Assembly (NCBI GenBank): GCA_951406725.2 | Contig: OX597819.1 | Span: 60,822,001-60,886,000 of the forward strand | Length of the DNA stretch: 64,000 nt | Direction of reading: 5' to 3' | Source: Octopus vulgaris | Taxonomy: Eukaryota | In this document: positions 51,862 to 64,000 of the stretch, piece by piece | Position numbering within the stretch: position 1 is the first letter of the stretch | How the letters are laid out: each line of letters opens with the position of its first letter | Notes under the pieces: generated by a model | What the model saw: the letters and a program-made list of their open reading frames with translations, nothing else | Databases searched by the model: none | What the model was told of the DNA's origin: nothing | Made by a program: the position numbers and the translations under genes

Positions 51862-52390
51862 CAATACTTTCTACTATAGGCACAAGGCCTGAAATTGGGG
51901 CGGGGAGCTAGTCGATTTCATCGACACCAGTGTGTAACTGGTACTTATTTAATCGACCCCGAAAGAATCAAAGGCTAAGCGACCACTGCGGATTTGAACT
52001 CAGAACGTAGCGGCAGACGAAATACTGCTAAGTATTTTGCCCGGCGTGCTAACGATTCTGCCAGCTCGCCGCCTTAATAAAAATAATAATGATGATAATA
52101 ATAATAATACTTTCTACTATAGGCACAAGGCCTGAAATTTGGGGGAGGATGCTAGTCGATTTCATCGACACCAGTGCGTAACTGGTACTTATTTAATCGA
52201 CTCCGAAAGGATGAAAGGCTAAGTCGACCACGGCAGAATTTGAACTCAGAACTTTACAACGGACGAAGTACCGCTAAGCATTTCGTCCAATGTGCTAACA
52301 ACTCTGCCAGCCCGCCCAACTGACACTTATTTTATCGACCGCGAAAGGGTGAAAAACAAAGACAACCCTCGGCAGAATTTGAACTCAGAA
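51862..52390 (-). mobile_element. Two tandem SINE-A (old tail) plus a fragment
   Basis: Near-identical units starting AATACTTTCTACTATAGGCACAAGGCCTGAAATT. Confidence 0.88.
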
Positions 52391-53284
52391 CGTAGTGCAA
52401 AAAGACACGCTATCAAGCACTTTGTCTGTACACGAGTGCGCGTGTGTATGTATATGAATATCTATCTGTCTGTGTGTCTGTCTTTCCCCACCTGTTTGTC
52501 TATCAATCTGTTTATCAGTCTGTGTTCCTTTTTAATTAATTCAACTTCCATCTCGTTACTCTTTCCCTATCCACCCGTCCATTCTATACAACCATCCATC
52601 CATCCACTCATCCATGTATGTATGTGTATTTCTTACTTCTTTTTACCATCCTTTTATTTAGCTAGTTAGACAGAGGTGTTAAAATTGTATCCCTTTTTAA
52701 TTATCACCTCCGTCCTTTTGATCTTTCTCCCTCATTTTCTCTTCACCTCTATCTCCACACACACACACACACATATATATATACACAAACATACATGTGT
52801 GCGTTTGTATATATATATATATATATATACAAACATACATGTGTGCGTTTGTATGCGAGTGAACATGCGTATTTCTATTTCTTTGCTGTCCTTTATCCTT
52901 CTCTATTTACCAGTTGGATTATTTTATCTCTTGTCTTCCTCATTTGTTTATATAAAAATAATCACCCAGCAATAACTTCCACTTCTTCAATAATTACTTT
53001 ACTGCCAGCCGCATCATTTCTGTATACTTATGTTTGATTTCCGTGTCTGGTCATCGTTAAAAGCGACACCTTTCTCTGTCAAACATTAACCTATCACTTG
53101 CCGTGTTTTCTCGTATCTGTTTTATTTAAACATCGTTTTTTTCTGACAGAGATTGACTGTGTTTTAGACACATTTCACAATTTCCCATTATTACATTACT
53201 GCTCAGTTTCAATGTTCTGTGACTTTCTTTCACGGACAAATTGACAATTTCTTTGAATCCAGAAATAGAGAGAGCGAGAGAGAG

Positions 53285-53319
<35 letters not shown>

Positions 53320-54472
53320 CGGCCAGCTCCTGTGCTTCGTTTCTTTCTTTCGTATTTTTCTATTTTTCTTTTGTTGAATATTTTCTATTGAAGTCATAGT
53401 ACACAATAATCACGAAAGTTTATCGATTTTTTTTTATTGATTCTGACTGTGAAACTATTCATACGACATTTAGTGTCAACTTCAGTGAACGGGGGGAAAA
53501 AAAACATTAAAAATATTACTGTAACATAGATATATAAAACCAGACTATGAAAAGCGATATTTGAAAATGGCGGCAAGAAGGAATAAAAGGAGAAATTATT
53601 ATTAAGATGTTTGATACTTTTAGTAGCAGTGAAAAGAGAACAAAAGATATATCGCATCTGCCCTTTCGCAGAAGATGGCGAAATCTTATGACAAATATAA
53701 GGAAATGAAATCTCAGACAAATATGCAGCTAAACAAATGTGATTTATTTAGATAATATCTAATATTGGAAATAAATAATTTAGACCATGTTGGACCTCGA
53801 ACCTTTCCAGTCTATTGTCTTTATCGTTGCTCTGGTCTTTGTCTTCCGAGAAGATTTAGTCGCTCTTTGAAGTAATTTGACAGCGTTTCACACAATAGAG
53901 CATAAATAACCTATTGCAATAGGTCTAAAATAACGGGTGCATGTGTACATGGTTAAGAAACTCAGTTCCGAATTATGAGTTACCAGGTTCAAACTCACAG
54001 CATGGCATCTTGAACAAGTGTCTTTTTCGACAAACTCGGGTCGTCCCAATCCTTATGAATGAGGCAAAGTTGACGGAAGCTTTATTTATAAAAAAAAAAA
54101 CGCTACGAGGATAAAAACAGTTGGTGAATGCTGTAATTAAAAGACACAATTTTGCCAAGCAATATATGAGACTGATTCTGTTTAACAATAACCTTCAGTG
54201 ATCACGTAACTTTGGAATACTCAGCCGCTTAGACTCTTATTTAATAATTTGAGTAAGTAGTTTAATTGATGGAATAACTAGAATGTTTATTTTTGGGATC
54301 CAATAAGGATGAATTTACATTTATTTTAGATCTGTGGAGACAATGAAAAGTCACCCAAAAGTACACCGGCGTAAGGATTCTCCTAGTATACGTATGCGTG
54401 TCTGTCTGTCTGTGTGTATACAGACATATATATGCATAGATAAATACATCTATCTATCTATCTAATACATCT

Positions 54473-55141
54473 ATCGGGTGCGGCGAACAAACTATCGTCT
54501 AACTTACACAGATATATTTACCAAAATTACATAAAAATATCTTGAAAGACTAAAGAATAAATTTATTCAATAAAATTCCCATTGGCTTCAACCACAGTCT
54601 CCAGACGACTTCAGAATCTCCTGCAACTTTTGGACGCTCTCCTGGTTTAAGTTGGTGAATGCTGCCATAATCTTTGTCTTCAGTTCATATTTGATGTCAC
54701 AAGGAGTTTTGCTGGTCTCTCTCTCAACGCGCCCCACACGTAATAATCAAGGGAGTTAGATGGCCAGATGTTAGGGGTGATAGGGTCGCAGAAATTGTCT
54801 GTGGGAAGATGAATTGAGTCATAACGACGCCATCGCTAGTGATCACCCCAAACACCATGATGCTGACTGGATATTTGATTTTTATCACTCTCGGTACATG
54901 TCCTCAGATTTCACTGTCCTCAAATTGAAACCGAAACTCTGAAATATTCGTATGCGAATGCCAAGCAGTACAGCATGCCGTTTCCAAATTTCTGGCAGAG
55001 TGAATTGGGTCATGGTGCTGTCTTTCTCACAGACTGTGCCCGACTGACCTCACTATACTGTGAAGCCGCCAAAATCAAAAACAAACAATGAACATGCGCG
55101 AAATTAAAAATATAAAATAGTGTCAATTTACCCATTACACC

Positions 55142-55145
<4 letters not shown>
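54473..55145 (-). mobile_element. Decayed Tc1/mariner (maT/DD37D-like) element
   Basis: Minus-strand remnants KYPVSIMVFGVITSDG, NIWPSNS..LDYYVWG and EANGNFIE; degenerate GGGTG termini. Confidence 0.72.
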
Positions 55146-55206
<61 letters not shown>

Positions 55207-55210
<4 letters not shown>

Positions 55211-55365
55211 TGGAATTTACAGAAACACAAAATAAAAGATGAAGACGGGTGTGTAAACAACTAATAGATGTATTAGTTTAACGCTCGGGAAGTGAGAAAG
55301 TCTTTTACGTTTCGAGGCTACTCTCTTCGACAGAAAGGAATACAGAAATAAGCAGAAAGAGAAAA
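55207..55365 (-). mobile_element. HHR family 1 repeat; motif at 55302-55337 (core CUGUCGA)
   Basis: rc CUUU-CUGUCGA-A-GAGA(GUAG)CCUC-GAAA-CG-UA-AAAG; abuts (TA)n. Confidence 0.68.
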
Positions 55366-55388
55366 TATATACAAGAAGCATACATATA

Positions 55389-55605
55389 CGAGGGTGTACT
55401 GAAACGATCCTGGCTTTGGGTAAAAGAAAATATTGGAGGATCAGTTAATTATGATTTGATTCAACATATTCCCCTCTCAGATTCACACACTTATTACAGC
55501 GGTCCTTCAGTTTTTCTAAGCCCTATAAAAGAACTCGGAAGTTTGGGGCTCCAACCAGGCCTTCCGCGATACCCTTAAAGCCAGGAACTTTTCAGCACAT
55601 CCGGG
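55389..55605 (-). mobile_element. mariner-derived MITE
   Basis: TA-flanked imperfect TIRs CGAGGGTGTACTGAAA..TCCTGGCTTT / AAAGCCAGGAACTTTTCAGCAC; minus strand GLEKLKDRCNKCVNLRGEYVE (mariner C-terminus). Confidence 0.82.
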
Positions 55606-57096
55606 TATGTATTGTGTATGTGTGAACCAATAGCTGTTCAGTTTCTGCAGTAATAACTGCAACAAAATGAAAATGACTAACTCTAACATCATCAAATCGT
55701 TAGACAATCCAACATATTTTTCGCCGTCATGAATTTACGATACCTTTTATCTGCATTTACTCTAAAACTAAATAGGATGACAAAATTCTTATTCATTTCA
55801 ATAAACACTGTTTGTCTGTCTTCTAACATTCAATGATATTTCCTCACTTATCTTAAACAACTGCTGCTCATTTCCCTATTTATATCCTCATCTGTGCGCC
55901 TCGGTGCAAGTATGTTCGCTGTAAACAACGCCCCGGACACTTTCGTTATCTAAAACGGTTGTCTTTATGACAAGGAGAGAGTTTATGACTGCAGTGAATC
56001 AAGTATTAACGCTTTTATGATGCATAATTTGATCAGATAATTCTTTGCTACTCATATCCTATTTGTATAATTGTCTGTCTTTGTCCCATGTTTCATAAAA
56101 CCGGAAGTGTCTGTAAGATGCTGCACCTCATTCTCTGTAAAATAAAACTATTATTTTATTCAATGACTAGTTTTAGCTTTGAGATTGTGCTCCTCCTGAG
56201 ACATATTTTTCAATAGTTTACTTGATCCCGTATCATATATACTTTCACAGAGAGTCGGCAAGCTAGCAGAATCGTTTGCACGCCGGAGAAAACCCTTAGC
56301 GGCATTACACCTGTCATCACGTTCTGAGTTCAAATTCGGCTGAGGTCGGCTTTGCTTTTTATTCTTTCGAAGCCGATGAAATAAATACTAGTTGAGCCCT
56401 GAGGTTGACATAATTGAGTAACTCCTCGTGTGGGTTTTTGCAGAGGCCTGTCAAAGGTACAATGTCTTACCGACCTTTCTATCGAGAAGGGTGTTTGTTT
56501 TACTTATTTAGGTATTTAAACTTAACATAGCCAACCAACGAACGCTTGTTGGTGCTACAATGATATGGCTGCTTCTAACTATTTATATACCCTTCTTCCA
56601 AATTAAATCTAGGAGCGTTCGGCACCAAAAAAGTATCGCGTCTTCGTGATGGAAACTGTGCAAAAGTATCAATGGAAGGTCTACTGTAGTCATCTTCATC
56701 TTTTTTGTATTCTTACGATTACATTATCCAGTGTGTCCTTCCCGTTTTTTTTTGTACGATGGAGGGAGAGCTGAGGAAACTTGGCTGTTATTTCTAGAAG
56801 ATTAAGTGACCATACACAGGCATATTGTTGCAATATCTTGGGTTCCAGTAGTTGTGGTTGCCTAGGTCATGGTTGTCGTATGGCTTACAGTTGTAAAGTC
56901 CATAGCTGTTATTTGAATCGTTGCTATTAGGTTGTATGGGCTATGGCTATTGTAAGGGCTACAGTTGTGAGGGAGATCATGGTGGTAATAATCATTGTCT
57001 AAGCCAGTGGTTCCCAGCCCGGGTCCATATGCTCTTTGGGGGGGGGGGGCGATATAACCCACGGGGGTCCAGAAGATCCTTGAAGCTCTATATAAG

Positions 57097-57135
57097 CGAT
57101 GCTGGGGAGACAAACACAGACAAACACACACACAC

Positions 57136-57203
<68 letters not shown>

Positions 57204-57307
57204 GATGGGCTTCTTTCACAAGTAGAAGACATTTGCCCAAGGTGCTACGCGGTGGGACTGAACCCGGAACCATGTGGTTGGTAAGCATGCTACTTACCAC
57301 ACAGCCG
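57097..57307 (-). mobile_element. SINE-B partial, preceded by a hAT MITE left end at 57005
   Basis: Reverse-complement SINE-B head; CAGTGGTTCCCA terminus at 57005. Confidence 0.75.
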
Positions 57308-57339
57308 TGTAAATCTTATATACATCTATGTATAATTCG

Positions 57340-58722
<1,383 letters not shown>

Positions 58723-59286
58723 ATGAGCGCGTTATGTACACGCGTGGCCATGCGTGTGTAGAGTCCGTGGGGTTTGAGTGTTTTTTGTGTGTGTGTGTGT
58801 GGTACCATCAGAATTATGTCTAAGTCATACAGAGAGAGAGAGAGAGAGAGAGACTTGGGGAACTGAAATTTTCGGGCTTTTTTTTCTTTTTCTCACGCGG
58901 CTCCTAATACATGAATTGCTCGAGTTTTCTGAATTCATCGCTTATTGTCGGTTACTTCTTACGACTTTTTTTTCTTTCATCCCCATCACCTGCTTCCACC
59001 ACCCCGAATACCTCCTCTTCCTCCTTCTCCCAGTTAGTGTCTTTTATTATTTAAAAAATTTTTTTCCTTCCTTCAACTTTTTCTCGCACTTCCTGATAGT
59101 TACCGCCACAACGAAAGCACCACCTCACTACCTCTAGTAAGCATCTTCAGGCTAACACAATCATCACCATCAAAATCGTAGTCATCACAAAAACAACAAC
59201 CAACACCGCAATCACTGGAACCGTCATTACAGCCAGCACATCAACGCATCATCATCATCACAATTACTTCATTCATGCCTCGCACA

Positions 59287-59555
59287 CTTTTCTATATTCT
59301 CAGAATGGATACGTATGCACATGCATACACACACACATACCTTTCTGTATTCTTGGAATGGATATATATACCTATATACATAAACACATACAGACACACA
59401 TACACAAACATACATACATACGCACACACACGCACACACATTCGCATACCTTTGTACATTCTCAGAATGTATACGTATACACACATATACAGACACAAAT
59501 ACACGAACACACGCATACACATTCACACACCTTTCTGCATTCTCGGAATGGATAC
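59287..59555. repeat. Four ~25-bp direct repeats separated by variable AC-rich spacers
   Basis: CTTT(C/G)T.(T/C)ATTCTYRGAATG(G/T)ATA with TTCnnnGAA cores at 59297, 59350, 59459 and 59540. Confidence 0.8.
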
Positions 59556-60059
59556 ATACATACATACATACACACACACATTTACATACATTTAGAGATA
59601 TTTTGGACAATACGTTATTGTTGTTGTTGTTAAGCAACAAGACGGGTGAGGGTGATTAGGTGATGGTCTAGGGTTTAGGGGCGGGAGACCCCAGACCTTG
59701 GAAAAAAAAACAAACTTTGGTTGTCTTGTAGTCAAGGGCTATTCGTTGACGCCCGACACCACTGGGAAGTGGCCCTCGAAGTCGCTGGAAATGGAGATCT
59801 CCAGGTTCAAATTCTTGAACGGCTGGACGATACGTTGTCTAATGCACTTCCCCTTTTAGGCGACAAACGAGGAGAGTTAGCGCGCGAAACAAATGCCTTA
59901 CGGCATTCGTTCTGCTGCCCTGCACTCTGAGTTCAAATTCCGCCGGGGCTAACTCCGCCTTTCTTCTTTTTGTGATCGACAAAATAAAGTACTAATTCAG
60001 GGCAATATATTGGATGGATTGTTGCAGCATCAGAAGAGATACCTGACGGAGGAATGTTG

Positions 60060-61572
60060 CAAATCGCTTCATCCAACATTCCAAAAGTAGCGAAAGGTCC
60101 CGCCTAAAATCAACATTGATGGAAATTGAAAAAATCCTGCAACAATCCTATGTGAGGGAAAGAGCACACAAGGAAGCCTGGGTTATAAAATACATTATGC
60201 CAAACCCAAAGTAAAAAACATTATGTCAAACCCAAAGGCCTATTATTTTGCGAAGGAAACAGCATCTGTATGCTGCAAGATAGAACCCCTCTTCCAAAAG
60301 GATGGCTCCCTCACAGATAGTCCAACTAGGATCAGCGAGGTACTGAATGACCAGTTCAAACGTGTCGTTACCACTCCGTTGGAACACAGAGAAGTGAACG
60401 AACCAGTGGATTTCTTTGCCTCCTCTCCTATAACCAGTGAGGCAATTACGATGGAATACATTGACATTAGCGAAGAAGATATACTACAAGTCATAGGTGA
60501 GGTGGACGCAAACTCAATTGCTGGTCCTGATGGTTTTCCAGAAATCCTCCTCAAATCGTGTGAGCGTGCCCTGGCAAAATTTCTAAAGATTCTCTTCCAG
60601 AGCTTTCTCGCAAATGGCAGGCTGCCAAGCAAGCTGGAGGGAATTATATGCCCAATCCATAAAGGGGGAAGCAGAGCAGATGCCAATAACTATAGACCTA
60701 TGTATCTGACTTCACACATCAGCAAAGTCATGGAACGGATAGTTAGAGGGAAACTAATCACATTCCTTGAAGAAAATAACTTGCTGAGTGATACCCGGCA
60801 TGGCTTTCGACGAGCTCTTACAACACTATGACTGGGTGTTGAAGCAGTTACTCAACAACTCAAATGTGGACGTAATATACCTTGATTTTGCAAAATCATT
60901 TGATAAAGTGGATCAAGGTATGATATGCCATAAACTGTGTGATCTCGGCATAGTTGGAAAACTTGAAGAGTGATTACATGACTTTCTGAAACATATGGTA
61001 TATTTTCTTCAAGGAATGTGATTAGTTTTCCTCTAACTATCCGTTAGAGCCACCTCAATGAAAACACAAATAGTGAGTAGTGTTCCACAGGGCACTGTCT
61101 TGGGATCACTGCTTTTCATAGTGGCTCTCTCAGATATGCCCTCAACTACCCGGATAGCCACCCTTACTAGCTACGCAGACGATACGAAAGTCTCGCAGAA
61201 AATGCAGAACCCCAGCGATGTTGCACACCTGCAGCAGGATTTGGACTCAATTTATAAATGGACTGAGAATAATAATATGCAGTTTAATGCTGAAAAAATC
61301 CTAGCCCTGCGCTACCAGCGCCCAAAACTGATTGTGAAACTTACAGGGTCCACAAGGGATTACAATCCCAGAGCCTAAGTCAGTGGGGGACCTGGGTATC
61401 GACATGAGTGATGATACCTCTTTCCAAGTGCACATTACCGGGATGGCGACAAAGTGCAGACGACTGGTTGGCTGGATCCTGAGATCTTTCAGAACCAGAG
61501 AAAAGGAAACCATTATAGCCCTCTGGAGGACATTCGTCCTCAGCCACCTGGATTACTGCTCCCAGCTATGTG
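60060..61572 (+). pseudogene. CR1/Jockey-group LINE reverse-transcriptase region, frameshifted
   Basis: GPDGF, NYRP..LTS.ISKVMERIV, HGFR, DVIYLDFAKSFDKVD, VPQGTVLGSLLF, YADDTK, LQQDLD.I.KW...N.MQFN..K, DLG and LDYCSQL across ORFs 60223-60831, 60788-60973, 61058-61378 and 61383 onward. Confidence 0.93.
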
Positions 61573-61726
61573 GCGAAAGAGTACAACAGGGATCGCCACC
61601 ACCCTCTGCCGGAGCCCCGTGGGGCTTTAGGTGTTTTTGCTCAATAAACACTCACAACGCCCGGTCTGGGAATCGAAACCGCGATCCTACGACCGCGAGT
61701 CCGCTGCCCTAACCACTGGGCCATTG

Positions 61727-61732
<6 letters not shown>
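61573..61732 (-). mobile_element. SINE-C head truncating the LINE
   Basis: Reverse complement of GAGGCGCAATGGCCCAGTGGTTAGGGCAGCGGACTCGCGG... Confidence 0.88.
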
Positions 61733-61777
<45 letters not shown>

Positions 61778-61786
61778 GTATGTATG

Positions 61787-61835
<49 letters not shown>

Positions 61836-62274
61836 ACACACATATTAAACTTACTAACAGAACAAAGGCGGCTGTATTATATTTGCTTTCTTAGAAAACG
61901 TATTTTCCTCGAGTGAACAAACTTCCGGCCTGGAGATGGCAGAGATCTGGATGTGAAGCATCTTTTAATTACAAGGAATTTTTATTTGTTGCTCTCTTTA
62001 GTGACTGTCGTTATGTTTGTTACTTTCGTTGTTATTCTCGTTATTGTTGTTTGTTTAGCTCTAGGTTAGCCTTGTTTGAGCCAATGGCCTTCCAGTGGTG
62101 ATCATCCGGTTATACACTCAGTGTTTTCTGGGACTACATTAGCTTGTGTTTTAAGACCATTGGGTATGGTTTGAGGGATATTTTTCAGCTACTTCTGGTC
62201 GGCCGAACAACCACATATAAGCTCCATCATTAGCTTGTGTGATATGAGGGAAATTCGCCTGGCAGATAAACTCT

Positions 62275-62410
62275 CTTTACTCTCTTTACTTGTTTCAGTC
62301 ACTTGACAGCGGCCATGCTGGAGCACCGCCTTTAGTCGAGCAAATCAACCCCAGGGCTTATTCTTTGTAAACATATGTACATATTCTATCAGTGTCTTTT
62401 GCCGAACCGC
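62275..62410 (-). mobile_element. SINE-B 3' part
   Basis: CTCTTTACTTGTTTCAGTCA...GGCCATGCTGGAGCACCGCC. Confidence 0.8.
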
Positions 62411-62887
62411 TATATATATATTGTATTTTAAAAATACAATATATATATATACATTGGAGATCAAAAGCTTAACCGAGGACTCGAACGGTTTCATTTCTTT
62501 GCATTATTCTGAGAACCAATTTTCGGCTTAGAAAATAATTTTCCTAGTAGTAATTATAATAAACAGTCGATACTGATTGTAATTTCGTTAAGAAATAAAC
62601 AAATAAAAAATACTTGTGAAACATTACATTTTTCCGAGGAGACGAAACTAATAAATGTGCCCCAAGCATTCTTCCGTGGACACAAAAACAAAGCGAAACA
62701 ATGCCGTGTGCAGAAGATACACAATGTAAATATATGAATGCCAAGGTTTGACACTGTTCGCTTTTGGTCACCATATTAGTTTACTTGCCGACAGGAATTT
62801 ATTGTATAACACTTGAAGCGACGAAATAAATAATGGGTAATATTTTATGACTTTTAATATCCTGTATTGTGTCTTGTATGTTTGTTT

Positions 62888-62950
<63 letters not shown>

Positions 62951-63329
62951 TGTGTGTGTATATATGTATTTGTACATACGCATACATACATACCTACAAA
63001 GATTCACCCCCCCCCACAAAGATTACAGTAAAATGTCTGTGGAGAGTGAAATACATATTGTTTACGCATACATGTATGTATGCATGTCTGTATGTGAATA
63101 TATACATGTATATACATACATACATAAATATACATACATATGTATACAGACATACATATATATATATATACATACATATATATACACATACATACATATA
63201 TATACACATACGTATATATACACATATATAAGCACATACATGTGTATGTAATACGTATATATCTTTGTATGTGTATATATATGTGTATATATGTATGTAT
63301 ATATGTTTTTATACATATATGTATATATG

Positions 63330-63685
63330 TATGAATATATATATATGTTGTTATAGATATATGTATATATGTATGAATATATATATATGTTGTTATAGAT
63401 ATATGTATATATGTATGAATATATATATATATGTTATAGATATATGTATGTATGAATATATATATATGTTATAGATATATGTATATATGTATGAATATAT
63501 ATATATGTTATAGATATATGTATATATGTATGAATATATATATATGTTATAGATATATGTATATATGTATGAATATATATATATATGTTGTTATAGATAT
63601 ATGTATATATGTATGAATATATATATATGTTGTTATAGATATATGTATATATGTATGAATATATATATGTTGTTATAGATATATG

Positions 63686-63690
<5 letters not shown>
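63330..63690. repeat. Minisatellite, ~36-41-bp unit ATATATGTT(GTT)ATAGATATATGTATATATGTATGAAT
   Basis: About 9 tandem units within an AT-rich microsatellite. Confidence 0.9.
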
Positions 63691-63720
<30 letters not shown>

Positions 63721-64000
63721 GTATATATATATATATGTATGTATATATATATGCGTATATATATGCATGTATGTATATGCATGTGTGTATATATATATAT
63801 ATGCGTATATATATATGCATGTACGTATATGTATGTATATGCATGTGTGTATATATATATATGCGTATATATATATGCATGTACGTATATGTATGTATAT
63901 GCATGTATGCATATATATGTATATATATATATGCATGTATATATGTGTATATATATATATGTATATGTGTATATATGTGTGTGTATATATATGTATATGT

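Noticed and set aside
59287-59555. CRISPR-like repeat-spacer appearance
   Set aside because: Eukaryotic context, spacers are microsatellite of unequal length, and there are no cas genes.

Overview
This is a eukaryotic, AT-rich, gene-poor window (intergenic or large intron). It is most likely from an Octopus genome, judged from recall of octopod-type tRNA-derived SINEs plus extreme (TA)n/(CA)n/(TACA)n microsatellite density; the taxon call is not database-checked. I find no intact host protein-coding gene, and nearly all ORF-track entries are microsatellite or SINE artefacts. The window is a mosaic of at least six tRNA-headed SINE types (my labels A-F) and decayed LINEs (CR1-like RT, Tx1/L1 C-terminus, R4/Dong, RTE). 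It also holds Tc1/mariner, pogo and hAT derivatives, two non-autonomous Helitrons, a candidate LTR and one 5S rRNA copy. Four observations stand out. (1) There are many minimal hammerhead-ribozyme-like motifs, including a 5-copy family with an atypical CUG-U-N-GA core in which position 7 takes all four nucleotides; two copies lie in tandem 427 nt apart, as in retrozymes or Penelope-like elements. (2) A 5S rRNA-tRNA-SINE chimera is bounded by an 11-bp target-site duplication (TSD). (3) A young SINE subfamily repeatedly lands inside its own family members at a fixed GGTATTTCG site and shares its 3' tail with a Tx1/L1-type LINE. (4) One SINE head is joined to three different tails.
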